Virus record (IMG/VR): IMGVR_UViG_3300020474_000018
Span: 1 to 54,612 of that record
Strand: one strand, 5' to 3'
Origin: a virus
Lineage: Duplodnaviria; Caudoviricetes
Length of the DNA stretch: 54,612 nucleotides
The notes beneath the pieces are model-generated. The model was not told the DNA's origin. It did no database searches and was given only the letters and a program-made list of their open reading frames with translations. Of this stretch, positions 27,863-38,200 are shown piece after piece. A program made the translations under genes and the position numbers. The first letter of the stretch is position 1, and every line of letters begins with the position of its first letter.

Positions 27863-29724
27863 TGGAACTATCAAATCAAATCTTATCAGAAATTACAGTG
27901 CATATGAAGTACGCTAGATACTTGGAAGACAAAAAGCGTAGAGAAACTTGGGAAGAGCTTGTAACTAGGAACATGGAAATGCACCTTAAAAAATTTCCAG
28001 AATTAGAGTTGCAGATTAGAAAAGCATATAAACAGGTTTTTGATAAGAAAGTGCTACCGTCAATGCGCTCAATGCAGTTTGGCGGCAAGCCGATTGAGGT
28101 GGCTCCAAACAGGATTTTTAATTGTGCTTTCATGCCTGCGGATGACTGGCGCTGCTTTGGAGAGGCAATGTTTTTACTTCTTGGTGGAACAGGAGTAGGA
28201 TACTCTGTACAAAAGCATCACGTTGAAAAACTACCAGAAATCACTAGGCCTAATATGAAGCGCACAAGAAGATTCCTTGTAAACGACTCTATCGAAGGCT
28301 GGGCAGACGCAGTGAAAACTTTAGTTCGCTCATATTTTAATGGAGGTTCGAGACTTCGATTTGATTATACAGATATTCGCCCGAAGGGTGCTGCTCTCAT
28401 TACTTCTGGAGGCAAGGCCCCAGGCCCTCAACCCTTGCGTGAGTGCTTGGTAAAGTTAGAGGGAATGCTCTCGCAGAAGGAAAATGGAGATAAGCTAAAG
28501 CCAATTGAAGTACACGATATGATTTGTCATATAGCAGATGCTGTGCTGGCAGGTGGTATTCGTCGGGCTGCACTTATTTCACTGTTCTCGGCAGACGACG
28601 AGGACATGATTGCTGCAAAAACAGGAAATTGGTGGGAGACCAATCCACAACGAGGCCGAGCTAATAACTCTGTTGTTTTATTGCGTCACAAAATTGATAG
28701 AGAATATTTTATGAATCTTTGGGATAGAGTAAAGGCATCGGGAGCCGGCGAGCCTGGTTTTTATTTTTCAAATGATAAAGACTGGGGAACAAACCCTTGT
28801 TGTGAGATTGGTCTTAGGCCATACCAATTCTGTAACCTTACAGAAGTAAATGTATCAAACGTAGAATCACAAGATGATTTAAACGAGAGGGTGCGAGCAG
28901 CTTCTTTTATTGGAACCCTACAAGCCAGTTATACTGATTTTCACTACCTCAGAGATATTTGGAGAAGGACAACAGAGAGAGATGCCTTGATTGGTGTCTC
29001 AATGACTGGCATTGCCTCAGGCGCTGTTTTAGATCTTGATATGAAAGAAGCCGCAAAATGCGTGAAGCAGGAAAACGAACGCGCCGCAGAGTTGCTAGGC
29101 ATTAGACCAGCCGCAAGGACAACGTGCGTAAAACCTGCAGGTACCACTTCACTCACATTAGGAACGTCATCAGGGATCCACGCCTGGCATAATGATTATT
29201 ATATTCGAAGAATTAGAGTGGGCAAGAATGAACCAATCTATGACTACTTGATCAGCAACCACCCAGAACTTATAGAGGATGAATATTTCAGCCCTCACAC
29301 TACAGCTGTGATTTCCATCCCTCAAAAATCACCAGAAGGATCTATACTGAGAACAGAATCTGCGTTACAGCTTTTGAGGAGAGTAAAGCACGTAACAGAT
29401 GAATGGGTTAAGCCTGGTTTTCGCAAGGGCCAGAACACTCATAACATATCCGCAACCGTATCAATTAAAGATGCCGAGTGGGTTGATGTGGGTGATTGGA
29501 TGTGGGAAAATAGAAATAGTTACAATGGTTTGTCTGTGTTGCCATACAATGGAGGGACATACACTCAGGCCCCTTTTGAAGATTGCTCAAAGGAAACTTA
29601 TGAGGCCATGATGAATTCTTTAACTGGAATTGACCTCACCAAGGTCACCGAAGAAGAAGACAATACAGACCTTAAAGGTGAAGTAGCTTGCGCAGGCGGA
29701 GCATGCGAAGTGAAGTTTGTATGA
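27862..29724 (+). CDS. nrdJ: Class II (adenosylcobalamin-dependent) ribonucleotide reductase
   Basis: LPSMRSM, FNC, GGIRRAA, TNPCCEI, FCNLTE, VKPAGT and C-terminal CAGGAC; no beta-subunit gene adjacent. Confidence 0.88.
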   Translation: MELSNQILSEITVHMKYARYLEDKKRRETWEELVTRNMEMHLKKFPELELQIRKAYKQVFDKKVLPSMRSMQFGGKPIEVAPNRIFNCAFMPADDWRCFGEAMFLLLGGTGVGYSVQKHHVEKLPEITRPNMKRTRRFLVNDSIEGWADAVKTLVRSYFNGGSRLRFDYTDIRPKGAALITSGGKAPGPQPLRECLVKLEGMLSQKENGDKLKPIEVHDMICHIADAVLAGGIRRAALISLFSADDEDMIAAKTGNWWETNPQRGRANNSVVLLRHKIDREYFMNLWDRVKASGAGEPGFYFSNDKDWGTNPCCEIGLRPYQFCNLTEVNVSNVESQDDLNERVRAASFIGTLQASYTDFHYLRDIWRRTTERDALIGVSMTGIASGAVLDLDMKEAAKCVKQENERAAELLGIRPAARTTCVKPAGTTSLTLGTSSGIHAWHNDYYIRRIRVGKNEPIYDYLISNHPELIEDEYFSPHTTAVISIPQKSPEGSILRTESALQLLRRVKHVTDEWVKPGFRKGQNTHNISATVSIKDAEWVDVGDWMWENRNSYNGLSVLPYNGGTYTQAPFEDCSKETYEAMMNSLTGIDLTKVTEEEDNTDLKGEVACAGGACEVKFV

Positions 29725-30035
29725 TTACATTAACTGAAACTGCGGCTAACAAAGTTAGGGTAATGCTTTTAGAGAAAGAAGAAACTGGTTTAAGGGCAGC
29801 AGTCCAGGGCGGAGGCTGCTCTGGCTTTACTTATAAGCTGTTGTTTGATAACAAAAAAGATGGAGATAAGGTTATTTTCGACAAGGGTGTAGAAGTATAT
29901 CTTGATCCAAAGAGTTTCTTGTACCTTATGGGAACAGAAATTGATTTTATAGATGATCTCAACCAGTCAGGGTTTAAATTTGTAAACCCTAATGCCAAAA
30001 GGACTTGTGGCTGCGGAGAAAGTTTTTCTATTTAA
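29721..30035 (+). CDS. iscA: A-type Fe-S cluster carrier (IscA/ErpA/HesB family)
   Basis: MITLTETAA, GGGCSG and NPNAKRTCGCGESF. Confidence 0.92.
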   Translation: MITLTETAANKVRVMLLEKEETGLRAAVQGGGCSGFTYKLLFDNKKDGDKVIFDKGVEVYLDPKSFLYLMGTEIDFIDDLNQSGFKFVNPNAKRTCGCGESFSI

Positions 30036-30040
30036 AACTA

Positions 30041-30069
30041 TTGACAAACCTGTTAAAATATATTATTAT
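30041..30069 (+). promoter_or_regulatory. sigma70-like promoter
   Basis: TTGACA-N17-TATTAT in an intergenic gap. Confidence 0.65.
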
Positions 30070-30100
30070 TGTAATACAACTCAACAAGAAAGGATAAATT

Positions 30101-30373
30101 ATGAGTTCTAACGACGATAAACTACTAACCAAGGAAGAGCACCTTGCAAATTACATTAAAACATTTGTTGCAATTGAGGACGCTATGGAACCATTTAAGG
30201 AGCAGCGCAAAGATCTACGCGAATCTTATAATGAGAATGGGTGGTTATCCAAAGAAGAGATGCGCCTAGCTGTGAAAGCTTACCGACTGTACAAATCTGA
30301 GACTGACATGGAGATCTTAACAGATTATGTAAACAAGTGTCAACGCTCAGTTGGGAGGATCAATGGTCTCTAA
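30101..30373 (+). CDS. Small helical protein, possibly a T4 DsbA/GapR-like DNA-binding protein
   Basis: 90 aa; IEDAMEPFKEQRKDLRE helical pattern. Confidence 0.4.
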   Translation: MSSNDDKLLTKEEHLANYIKTFVAIEDAMEPFKEQRKDLRESYNENGWLSKEEMRLAVKAYRLYKSETDMEILTDYVNKCQRSVGRINGL

Positions 30374-30686
30374 AATAGAAATGCTAAAGCCCGTAAATAG
30401 ACACCTGTTGATTGTTCCTCATGTCCACAAGGATGAAACAAATTCTGGAGTTTTATTACCGGAAGATTACAAGCCAGAGGAGAATCAATATATCGAAGCA
30501 TCAGTCATTGATATCGCTTCAGATTGTAGTAAGCAGTTTAGTCACTTAAGATATAACAATGTTGATAATAACAAGATTGTTGTAGATAAATCCATGATTC
30601 AAGAGGTTAAATTAAAAGAAAAAACTCACTATATGATTCTGGAGAATTATGTGGTAGGTGTTTACAGGAGGCCCAGTGAAAATTGA
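30363..30686 (+). CDS. groES: GroES-like co-chaperonin
   Basis: LKPVNRHLLI, mobile loop ETNSGVLLP and YMILENYVVG. Confidence 0.7.
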   Translation: MVSKIEMLKPVNRHLLIVPHVHKDETNSGVLLPEDYKPEENQYIEASVIDIASDCSKQFSHLRYNNVDNNKIVVDKSMIQEVKLKEKTHYMILENYVVGVYRRPSEN

Positions 30687-31380
30687 TCTGTTTGGTGACA
30701 ACATAGGTGCGGTTGAATACATTTCACATATGGGTACGGATCTGTCAGTTGTTAATGCAGCCAGGGTATCGTTCGGCTCAAAAAAAGAGGAAGTAGATGA
30801 AAAAGATATTAAACTTATTAACTATCTTATGGCACACAATCACTCTTCGCCATTTGAACATTGCACTATCACATTTCGTTTTACCGTTCCTTTGTTTATT
30901 AGGAGCCAGCATCACAGGCATCGCACTTGGGCTTACAATGAGATATCTCGTAGGTATACTTCTGTAGATATTCAATTTTATGAACCAGAAGAGTTCAGGA
31001 CACAACACAAATCAAATAGACAGGCTAGCACCGACAGTCTTTTCGACCCATTGCTAGAATCAAACAGAGATGGCTCCCCGACTTTATCTACGGCTTCTAC
31101 TCAGGTAAAGTCCCATCACAAGGAAAGTTTGAGACTTTTTGAAAGCTTGCTTGAATCAGGGGTTTGCAGAGAACAAGCCAGAGGTGTGTTGCCACAAAAT
31201 CTTTACACTCAATACTATGGAACTGTTAACTTGCACAACTTACTAAAATTTATCTCTTTGAGATCTCACGGTGGAGCCCAGTGGGAAATTCAGCAAGTCG
31301 CAGAGGCTTGTTTAGAAATCGCAGAGGAGTTTTTTCCTCACTCTGTGCATTCTTTTATAAAGCACAAAATGGAAGATTAA
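30676..31380 (+). CDS. thyX: Flavin-dependent thymidylate synthase
   Basis: VNAARVS, HSSPFEH, RHRTWAYNEISRRY, EQARGVLP and AQWEI. Confidence 0.95.
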   Translation: MKIDLFGDNIGAVEYISHMGTDLSVVNAARVSFGSKKEEVDEKDIKLINYLMAHNHSSPFEHCTITFRFTVPLFIRSQHHRHRTWAYNEISRRYTSVDIQFYEPEEFRTQHKSNRQASTDSLFDPLLESNRDGSPTLSTASTQVKSHHKESLRLFESLLESGVCREQARGVLPQNLYTQYYGTVNLHNLLKFISLRSHGGAQWEIQQVAEACLEIAEEFFPHSVHSFIKHKMED

Positions 31381-33431
31381 TGAAAAAAATAGCACTTCTC
31401 CTATTATTATTTGCATGCTCAGACAGCAGCGTCACTACTGGTGGTTTTGATACTCAGGTTACCAGGCCCATGATACCAGATTCGTCTGTGGTTGACATTC
31501 AAGTGGTTGAAATACCAGACATCACCGTTGATGTTTGGGTCAACCCTTGTGCAGATATCCCGAATACACATGTCAGATTCTGTGATTGCAATCCAAGTTG
31601 TTGTCAGAGGCAAACCTGGTATTGTCCACCCACTGGAACAGAAATTCAGGCTAAATACGCGGTGTTAGATATTTGCGACGAGACACTGACCCCATGCGAC
31701 AGAAACAGAGATCCTGCTTGTCCACCTGCCGAGATAATTGAAGAGACTGGTTGCCAACATGCTTTTGATTGCCCTCCTGGAATAAATGAGGACTTTACAA
31801 TGTATTATGATTGTGAGGTAGATGGCAATTCAGGTAGACAAGAAGTTAAGTGTGACAAGGGGAGGTTGTACTACGGAGAATGTATTACATGCTTCGAAGA
31901 AGAGGAGGTTTGTGATTTTCAGGATAACGATTGTGATGGTGAGATCGATGAGGGCCAAAGAAATGCGTGTGATGGCTGCGGTACTGTACCAGAGGATATC
32001 TGCGATGGCCTCGATAATGACTGTGATGGCACCTCAGATGAGCAGCTGATTAGAGAGTGTACGACTGAGTGCAACTCAGGCCTTGAGATATGCGCAAATG
32101 GGAATTGGATCGGCTGCACAGCACAGAGGCCACAAGATGAACAATGTGACGGAGAAGATAACGATTGTGACGACCTTGTCGACGAAGGATTAAACTGTCA
32201 GTGTCCACCAGAGATGGTCGGGGCCCTGATACCTTGCATGGAACCACCACTGCTTTGTGGTATGGGGTTCAAAACCTGTGAATGTGTTAACGAGGATTGC
32301 CAAATTACTCAGATGACGGACTGTTTTGCAGCATGTCATTGGGTACCAGAACTGGCCGGAGGGTTACCTTGCGATCAGATGATGGGGTTGGCGATCGAGC
32401 CAGAACTATGTAATAATTTTGATGAAGATTGTGATCTATTAATCGACGAGCGATTATCTAGATCGTGCTACACCGGACCAGAAAATACACTGAACGTAGG
32501 TGTCTGTGAACCCGGAAGCCAGATTTGCAACGCGGGCCAGTGGTACGGAAGACGAGCTACGGGGAACTACACACTTGGAGTTTGCACTGGAGAGGTCCTT
32601 CCCTCTGAAGAAATCTGTGATGGAGCAGATAACGACTGCGATGGTATTGTAGATTTTGGAGAAGAAATACCAGAAACTGATATTTTATTTATTGTTGACT
32701 GGTCCGGCTCGATGGAGAACTACATAAATGCGGTACGAATGGCCATGAACCGGTTCGCTCAAACTTTTGAGGCAGAAGATAAGTTAAAATGGGGGCTGAT
32801 CGTCGGCCCTAGACTATTGCCAAACGAACTTGACGATTACGGGAGGATGAAAGAGGGACTCATATTGCAGTCAGATATCGCTGAATTTGAGGATTTTTTG
32901 ACTGCATTTGCCAATGTTGGGCAATTTGATAATCAGACAGGTAATGAGATGTTGAAAGATGCATTGTTACTTTCGGTGAGGAGTATATCTGGAAATCTTA
33001 ATTACGACTTCAGTAGTTCAGTATGGTCTAATAGAACCGGATCTCTGCCTCCGCTTCAGAGTTTTAAAGTAACATGGAGATCAAATGCAGATCGAGTTAT
33101 TGTATTGTTTTCAGATGAGCATGATCAGACATTTTTGGTACCTCGTGTTTCGGATCAAGTTGCTCTTCAGGCACTTACGGGCACTCCGAATCTAAAGACT
33201 TATATATTTGCAGACTTCCCTGCACCTTGGAGAAACTACGCTAATGATACTGGAGGAAGAGTGTTTGACTTATCTTCAAATCAGCAGCAAATGTATGATG
33301 ATTTAATGTCTATATTAGATGAAATATGCCTATCTGGCGAAGCTTCTAATAATATCAACAGTTTGCCTCAAGGTTTTTACCCTGCTTCTTTTAGGGCAAG
33401 GTATAATCACAAGATTGGCATATGCTTCTGA
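31380..33431 (+). CDS. Lipoprotein with Cys-rich CDxxDNDCDG repeats and a C-terminal vWA domain
   Basis: MKKIALLLLLFAC lipobox at ATG 31380; five CD..DNDCD-type repeats; DILFIVDWSGSM MIDAS motif; VLFSDE. Confidence 0.8.
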   Translation: MKKIALLLLLFACSDSSVTTGGFDTQVTRPMIPDSSVVDIQVVEIPDITVDVWVNPCADIPNTHVRFCDCNPSCCQRQTWYCPPTGTEIQAKYAVLDICDETLTPCDRNRDPACPPAEIIEETGCQHAFDCPPGINEDFTMYYDCEVDGNSGRQEVKCDKGRLYYGECITCFEEEEVCDFQDNDCDGEIDEGQRNACDGCGTVPEDICDGLDNDCDGTSDEQLIRECTTECNSGLEICANGNWIGCTAQRPQDEQCDGEDNDCDDLVDEGLNCQCPPEMVGALIPCMEPPLLCGMGFKTCECVNEDCQITQMTDCFAACHWVPELAGGLPCDQMMGLAIEPELCNNFDEDCDLLIDERLSRSCYTGPENTLNVGVCEPGSQICNAGQWYGRRATGNYTLGVCTGEVLPSEEICDGADNDCDGIVDFGEEIPETDILFIVDWSGSMENYINAVRMAMNRFAQTFEAEDKLKWGLIVGPRLLPNELDDYGRMKEGLILQSDIAEFEDFLTAFANVGQFDNQTGNEMLKDALLLSVRSISGNLNYDFSSSVWSNRTGSLPPLQSFKVTWRSNADRVIVLFSDEHDQTFLVPRVSDQVALQALTGTPNLKTYIFADFPAPWRNYANDTGGRVFDLSSNQQQMYDDLMSILDEICLSGEASNNINSLPQGFYPASFRARYNHKIGICF

Positions 33432-34204
33432 AGAATGTAGTTATCGGCTCTAGTGTAGAGTCTGCATTTTATGCCCTTTTAAATGAATGTTATTTTATAC
33501 CCACACTCAATCTACCGCCGATGTTTTATAATGTCTTGGATATTCCTATTCTTGGCTTAAAAACAGAATCTGAAGCCTGGCCAAAAATAAATTTAATTCT
33601 TGGCATACTTTCAAGAAGAATTGCTATTGATGGTCAAAATTCAATTAAAATAGTTGACAATCAAATAAAGATTACAAACGGAGTATCAAATTTTAAGTAT
33701 AGGTTTGAAAAATTATTTGTCTTTGACCCGTCTGGTGTTCAGTTGGAGAACAATATAAAAACTGCAAAACCAAAAACTTTTGTTGTTCTAGACGATTTTG
33801 AGCTTTCCATTTTGGGCGAAAAGAGATACAACTTAAAACCAATTATTCGAAAAGCCGGCTTCGCAAGTCGGTTACATTTCTATTCATCAGACAGGGTAGA
33901 TGGTTCAAATTTTATCACAGATTGTGTAGTACAATCACAATTAACCCAGGATCAGTTAAATTCATTTGACTATTCTGATACAATGGCAAGATTCGTAGTT
34001 GAGAGGCATTTGAACTCCATAGGCGTTTATGGACGAGCCATGACCAAGTACAAAAGTGGAAAAATTAAGTATCGAAAACCTAAGGTTTCACATATGAAGA
34101 GGTTAGTTCGCGAACAAGATAATAATGTATATGAGGAATCTGAAAGCGTGAAATTTCTAAACTTATCATTGGGGAAAATAATTGAAAAAAGCACCAAAGG
34201 GTAG
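33422..34204 (+). CDS. Hypothetical protein with a Rossmann-like N-terminus
   Basis: 260 aa; NVVIGSSVESAFYA resembles a degenerate dinucleotide-binding beta-alpha start. Confidence 0.45.
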   Translation: MLLKNVVIGSSVESAFYALLNECYFIPTLNLPPMFYNVLDIPILGLKTESEAWPKINLILGILSRRIAIDGQNSIKIVDNQIKITNGVSNFKYRFEKLFVFDPSGVQLENNIKTAKPKTFVVLDDFELSILGEKRYNLKPIIRKAGFASRLHFYSSDRVDGSNFITDCVVQSQLTQDQLNSFDYSDTMARFVVERHLNSIGVYGRAMTKYKSGKIKYRKPKVSHMKRLVREQDNNVYEESESVKFLNLSLGKIIEKSTKG

Positions 34205-35042
34205 AAATGTAGCAGGGATTGTTCCTTTAGCGGGATGGAAAAATTCTTTTGATTTCCCCTGGCCAGATTACTTGCAACCTCTTCGGGAAGGTTTTCTAGC
34301 ACTAGAAAGATCGGTATACGAATGCGCCTACGCGGGATGTGACTCTATATGGGTCGTCTGTAATGATGACATTGCTCCTGTGGTAAGAACGAGGCTGGGC
34401 GACTATGTTATGTCACCTAAATATTTTGATGAGAAACAGTTTGTTAAAAATAAAGAGTATCATCAAAAGTGGATTCCAATCTTTTACACTCCTGTGAGCC
34501 AGAAGGACAGAGACCGAAGAGACAGCTTGGGGTGGTCAGCACTTCATGGGGCATTGATGGCATTTCAAATATCAGACAAAATGAGTCAATGGGTTCTTCC
34601 GACTAAATATTATGTATCTTTTCCGTATGGAATATACAATCCAGAGTTCTTAAAAAAACATAAGGATGCGATCAGAGGTCCCGACTCATTTTTTATATCA
34701 TACGAACAGAAGACGGTTAGAGACAACCTATACTTGGGGTTCACATTTAAGCCAGAGGATTGGCCCAAATTTAAGCACCACATAAAAGATCAGTGCACTG
34801 GAGGCAGCAGGGCTTTGCCGGCACATGAAAGATGGTCAAGTCGTCATTTTACTCTTGACAAAATATTCAATGTTGATGTAATATCAGTAGATAAGAAGGT
34901 CGAAGTACCTGAGTATTACAATATGGATACTTGGGACAGTCTACTGGAGTATTACAATTCAGAGATGAAAATACCTAGGCCAACCAAGCAATTTATGAAA
35001 CCATACTACCACAGGAGAATAATAGAAAATGAAGAATATTGA
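34182..35042 (+). CDS. Divergent sugar-phosphate nucleotidyltransferase-like protein
   Basis: AGIVPLAG...P..L.P......ERSVYECAYAGCDSIWVV matches the NTP-transferase N-terminal layout. Confidence 0.5.
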   Translation: MKKAPKGRNVAGIVPLAGWKNSFDFPWPDYLQPLREGFLALERSVYECAYAGCDSIWVVCNDDIAPVVRTRLGDYVMSPKYFDEKQFVKNKEYHQKWIPIFYTPVSQKDRDRRDSLGWSALHGALMAFQISDKMSQWVLPTKYYVSFPYGIYNPEFLKKHKDAIRGPDSFFISYEQKTVRDNLYLGFTFKPEDWPKFKHHIKDQCTGGSRALPAHERWSSRHFTLDKIFNVDVISVDKKVEVPEYYNMDTWDSLLEYYNSEMKIPRPTKQFMKPYYHRRIIENEEY

Positions 35043-35226
35043 AGAAACTTATAACATGATGCCAACAATAATAAAGCAGCATGCAGGTATGCCAGACAAC
35101 TATATTAACTTGACAACAGACCAAAAAAGGTTTATAATAGAGATGTTCGATATTGATAGGGAAGCAGTGAGAGCATCCCTCAAGGAAACTCTAGAAGAAA
35201 TGAAAGGTTTAGTTAATGAACTCTAG
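35029..35226 (+). CDS. Hypothetical protein
   Basis: 65 aa; AGGAG RBS; overlaps both neighbours. Confidence 0.5.
   Translation: MKNIEETYNMMPTIIKQHAGMPDNYINLTTDQKRFIIEMFDIDREAVRASLKETLEEMKGLVNEL
35110..35138 (+). promoter_or_regulatory. Consensus sigma70 promoter upstream of dnaE
   Basis: Perfect TTGACA-N17-TATAAT. Confidence 0.75.
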
Positions 35227-38200
35227 AACAGAAAGCTCTATCCCATTCGTCGGCCTGCATGCCCATTCAGTTGCCGGCTCACCATTTGATGCCCTCGGGT
35301 ATCCACCAGAACACATGGACTTTGCTTATGGCAATGGTATGGACGCATTAGCACTTACAGATCATGGCAACATGAACGGCCTCGCTTGGCAAGTTCTTCA
35401 CGCTAAAAAGATGAAGAAAGCCGGCAAAGAGTTCAAACCTATTTTTGGCTGTGAAGCTTACTTTATTCCGTCCGTTGCAAAGTGGAAGGAAGAATACGAA
35501 GAGATCAAGAACGCTGCAAAGAAGAAGTCTGACTACGAGGCAGATAATTCAGGTACTACTGTAGAAGACGAGGGTGCTTCCAAGAAGAAGATCAAGTCTG
35601 TCCTCAACCGCCGCCGTCACCTTATTTTGCTGGCTATGAACCAGACAGGCCTCCAGAATATCTTCAAGATGATTTCGCGCTCTTACAGCGGAGATAATTT
35701 TTATCGCTATCCTCGTGTTGACTATGCTCTCCTTAAGAAACACAACGAAGGCGTCATTGCTGCTTCGGCTTGTCTTGGTGGAGTTTATGCTGGTAACTAT
35801 TGGGAAAACCGCGACGTTGGCCCAGATGCTATTCTCGGAGCAATGCGCCAAACCACACAGAAGATGCAAGATATTTTTGGTGACAGATGGTATGGGGAAC
35901 TCCAGTGGAACAATGTTCCAGAGCAGCATGAACTCAACCGCTACATCATTCAAATGAACCAGGAGTTTGGTATCGATCTTATCTCAACTGCTGATTCACA
36001 CTATTATAACGCAGACGTTTGGAAGGATCGCGAACTTTATAAGCGACTAGGCTGGCTAGGTAAAGGTAGGCCGGACTATTTATCTGACGAGCTTCCTGTA
36101 TCTGTTGAAGAAGTCGGTTACGAGCTTTACCCTAAGAATGGTGACCAGATGTTTGAATCGTACAAGAAGTACTCGAAAGAATGCGGAGCAGAATACGATG
36201 ACAAGCTGGTACTCGATTCGATCAAGAGGACACACCAAATTGCGCATGAGAGGATTGAAACATTCCTTCCAGACAACACAGTTCGCTTGCCCGACTTTGT
36301 GGTCCCGGAGGGGTCAACCGCGGGCCAGACCTTGGCTGCCCTTTGTGTGGAGGGCCTCCGGTCTCTCGGTCTTGCTAATGAGCAGAAGTACGTTGATCGC
36401 CTTAAGCACGAGGTCAATGTTATCGAAGATCGAGGGTTCTCGAAGTATTTTCTAACAATGAAAGCGATTGCCGATGTTGCAGTTACTAGACAACTTGTTG
36501 GCGCTGGCCGCGGCTCTGCTGCTGGTTCACTTGTTGCGTATGTTCTAAATATTACTCAAGTCGATCCTATTAAATATGGACTTCAGTTTGAGAGATTCTT
36601 AACCAAGGGCGGCTCAGGTTACCCAGATATTGACTATGATGTATCTGATCCTATGACTCTCAAAGAAGAACTGATTGACGAGTGGGGTGATGACTCAGTT
36701 GTGCCGATCACAAACTGGAACACGCTGCAACTTCGATCTCTGATCAAGGATATTTCAAAGTTCTACGGTATAGAGTTTACTGAGGTTAACAACGTAACAA
36801 GCAAGATGGTCTATGAAGCCACACCTCTTGCGAAGAAGAAGCATGGAATTACAGCAGGTGTGTATGTCCCAACGTTTGAAGAGTTAATGGAGTTTTCAGA
36901 ATCACTGCAGAAATTTTTGCAAAAGTACCCACATATTAAGACACACATTGAAAAGCTGTATGGCCAGACACGTTCTGCTTCTCGACATGCGGGTGGTGTT
37001 GTTGTGGGTGAAAACCTGGATAAGTGGATGCCTCTAATCAACTCAGGAGGAGTTAGGCAGACACCATGGTCTGAGGGTCAGAACGTGCGTCATCTTGAGC
37101 CCATGGGTTTTATCAAGTTTGACATCTTGGGCCTTGCTTCACTACGAATGTTGGAGGGAGCCATCGAGCGCATACTTCGCAGACACCACGGAATGAGTGA
37201 CCCAACATTCGCAGACATCAAAGACTACTATGACAAGAACCTGCACCCAGAGGTCATTGATCTAGAAGACAAGGATGTCTGGCAAAACATTTTCCACAAA
37301 GGCAAGTGGGCCGGCATCTTCCAGTTTACAGAAACTGGGGCACAGTCATTTTGTAAGAACGCAAGGCCTGACAATATCATTGACTTGGCTGCTATCACTT
37401 CTATTTATCGTCCTGGTCCGCTAGGTGCAGGAGTAGACAGAAAATATATCGGAGCAAAGTCTGAACCAGAGGAAGTAGAATATGTCAACAAGCACGTCAG
37501 AGAAGTAACAGAGGAAACATATGGTTTCCTTATTTTTCAGGAGCAGATTGCTATGCTGGCCCACAAGCTTGGCAAGGGCCTGTCTCTTGATGAGGGTAAT
37601 AAACTTAGAAAACTACTTACTAAGAAAGGTACAGGCGCAGTACAAGCAGAGAAAGACAAAATTTTTGATAAGTTCAAGCGCGGTTGTATCGAGAAAGGAA
37701 TGAAAGACTATGAGGCAAGAGAACTATGGGAAACTTTTGAGTACTTTTCAGGATATGGTTTTAACAAGTCACACGCTGTATCCTACTGTGTACTATCCTA
37801 TCAGTGTGCTTATCTACTTAACTACTATCCAGCCGAATGGTTAGCAGCCTTCTTGGATAAGGAGCCAGAAACAAGAAAGGAAAGGGCGATCGCCACAGCA
37901 AAATCACTCGGCTACAACGTTGAGCCCTTAAATGTAAACACATCTGGAGTAAACTGGGAAATCAGCAAAGATGGAAAAACTTTGATCCAACCACTGTCTT
38001 CCATTAAAGGCTTGGGTATTAAGGCCATCGAGCAGATTATACAACACAGACCGTTTAAGACAATAGAGGAATTTTTATTCCATCCAGAAATAACTTATTC
38101 GAAATTGAATAAAAAATCCATACAGGCCCTGACCTTATCTCAGGCAATGAATAGTCTAATAGACGACCGCTTCACTGGGTTGAAACATTTTTGGAACGCA

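Noticed and set aside
31281-31379. Longer N-termini given by the ORF track (also at 23466, 29688, 30351, 30658, 39244, 49363)
   Set aside because: Downstream starts have better RBS or coupling and match family N-termini, for example the lipobox begins at ATG 31380
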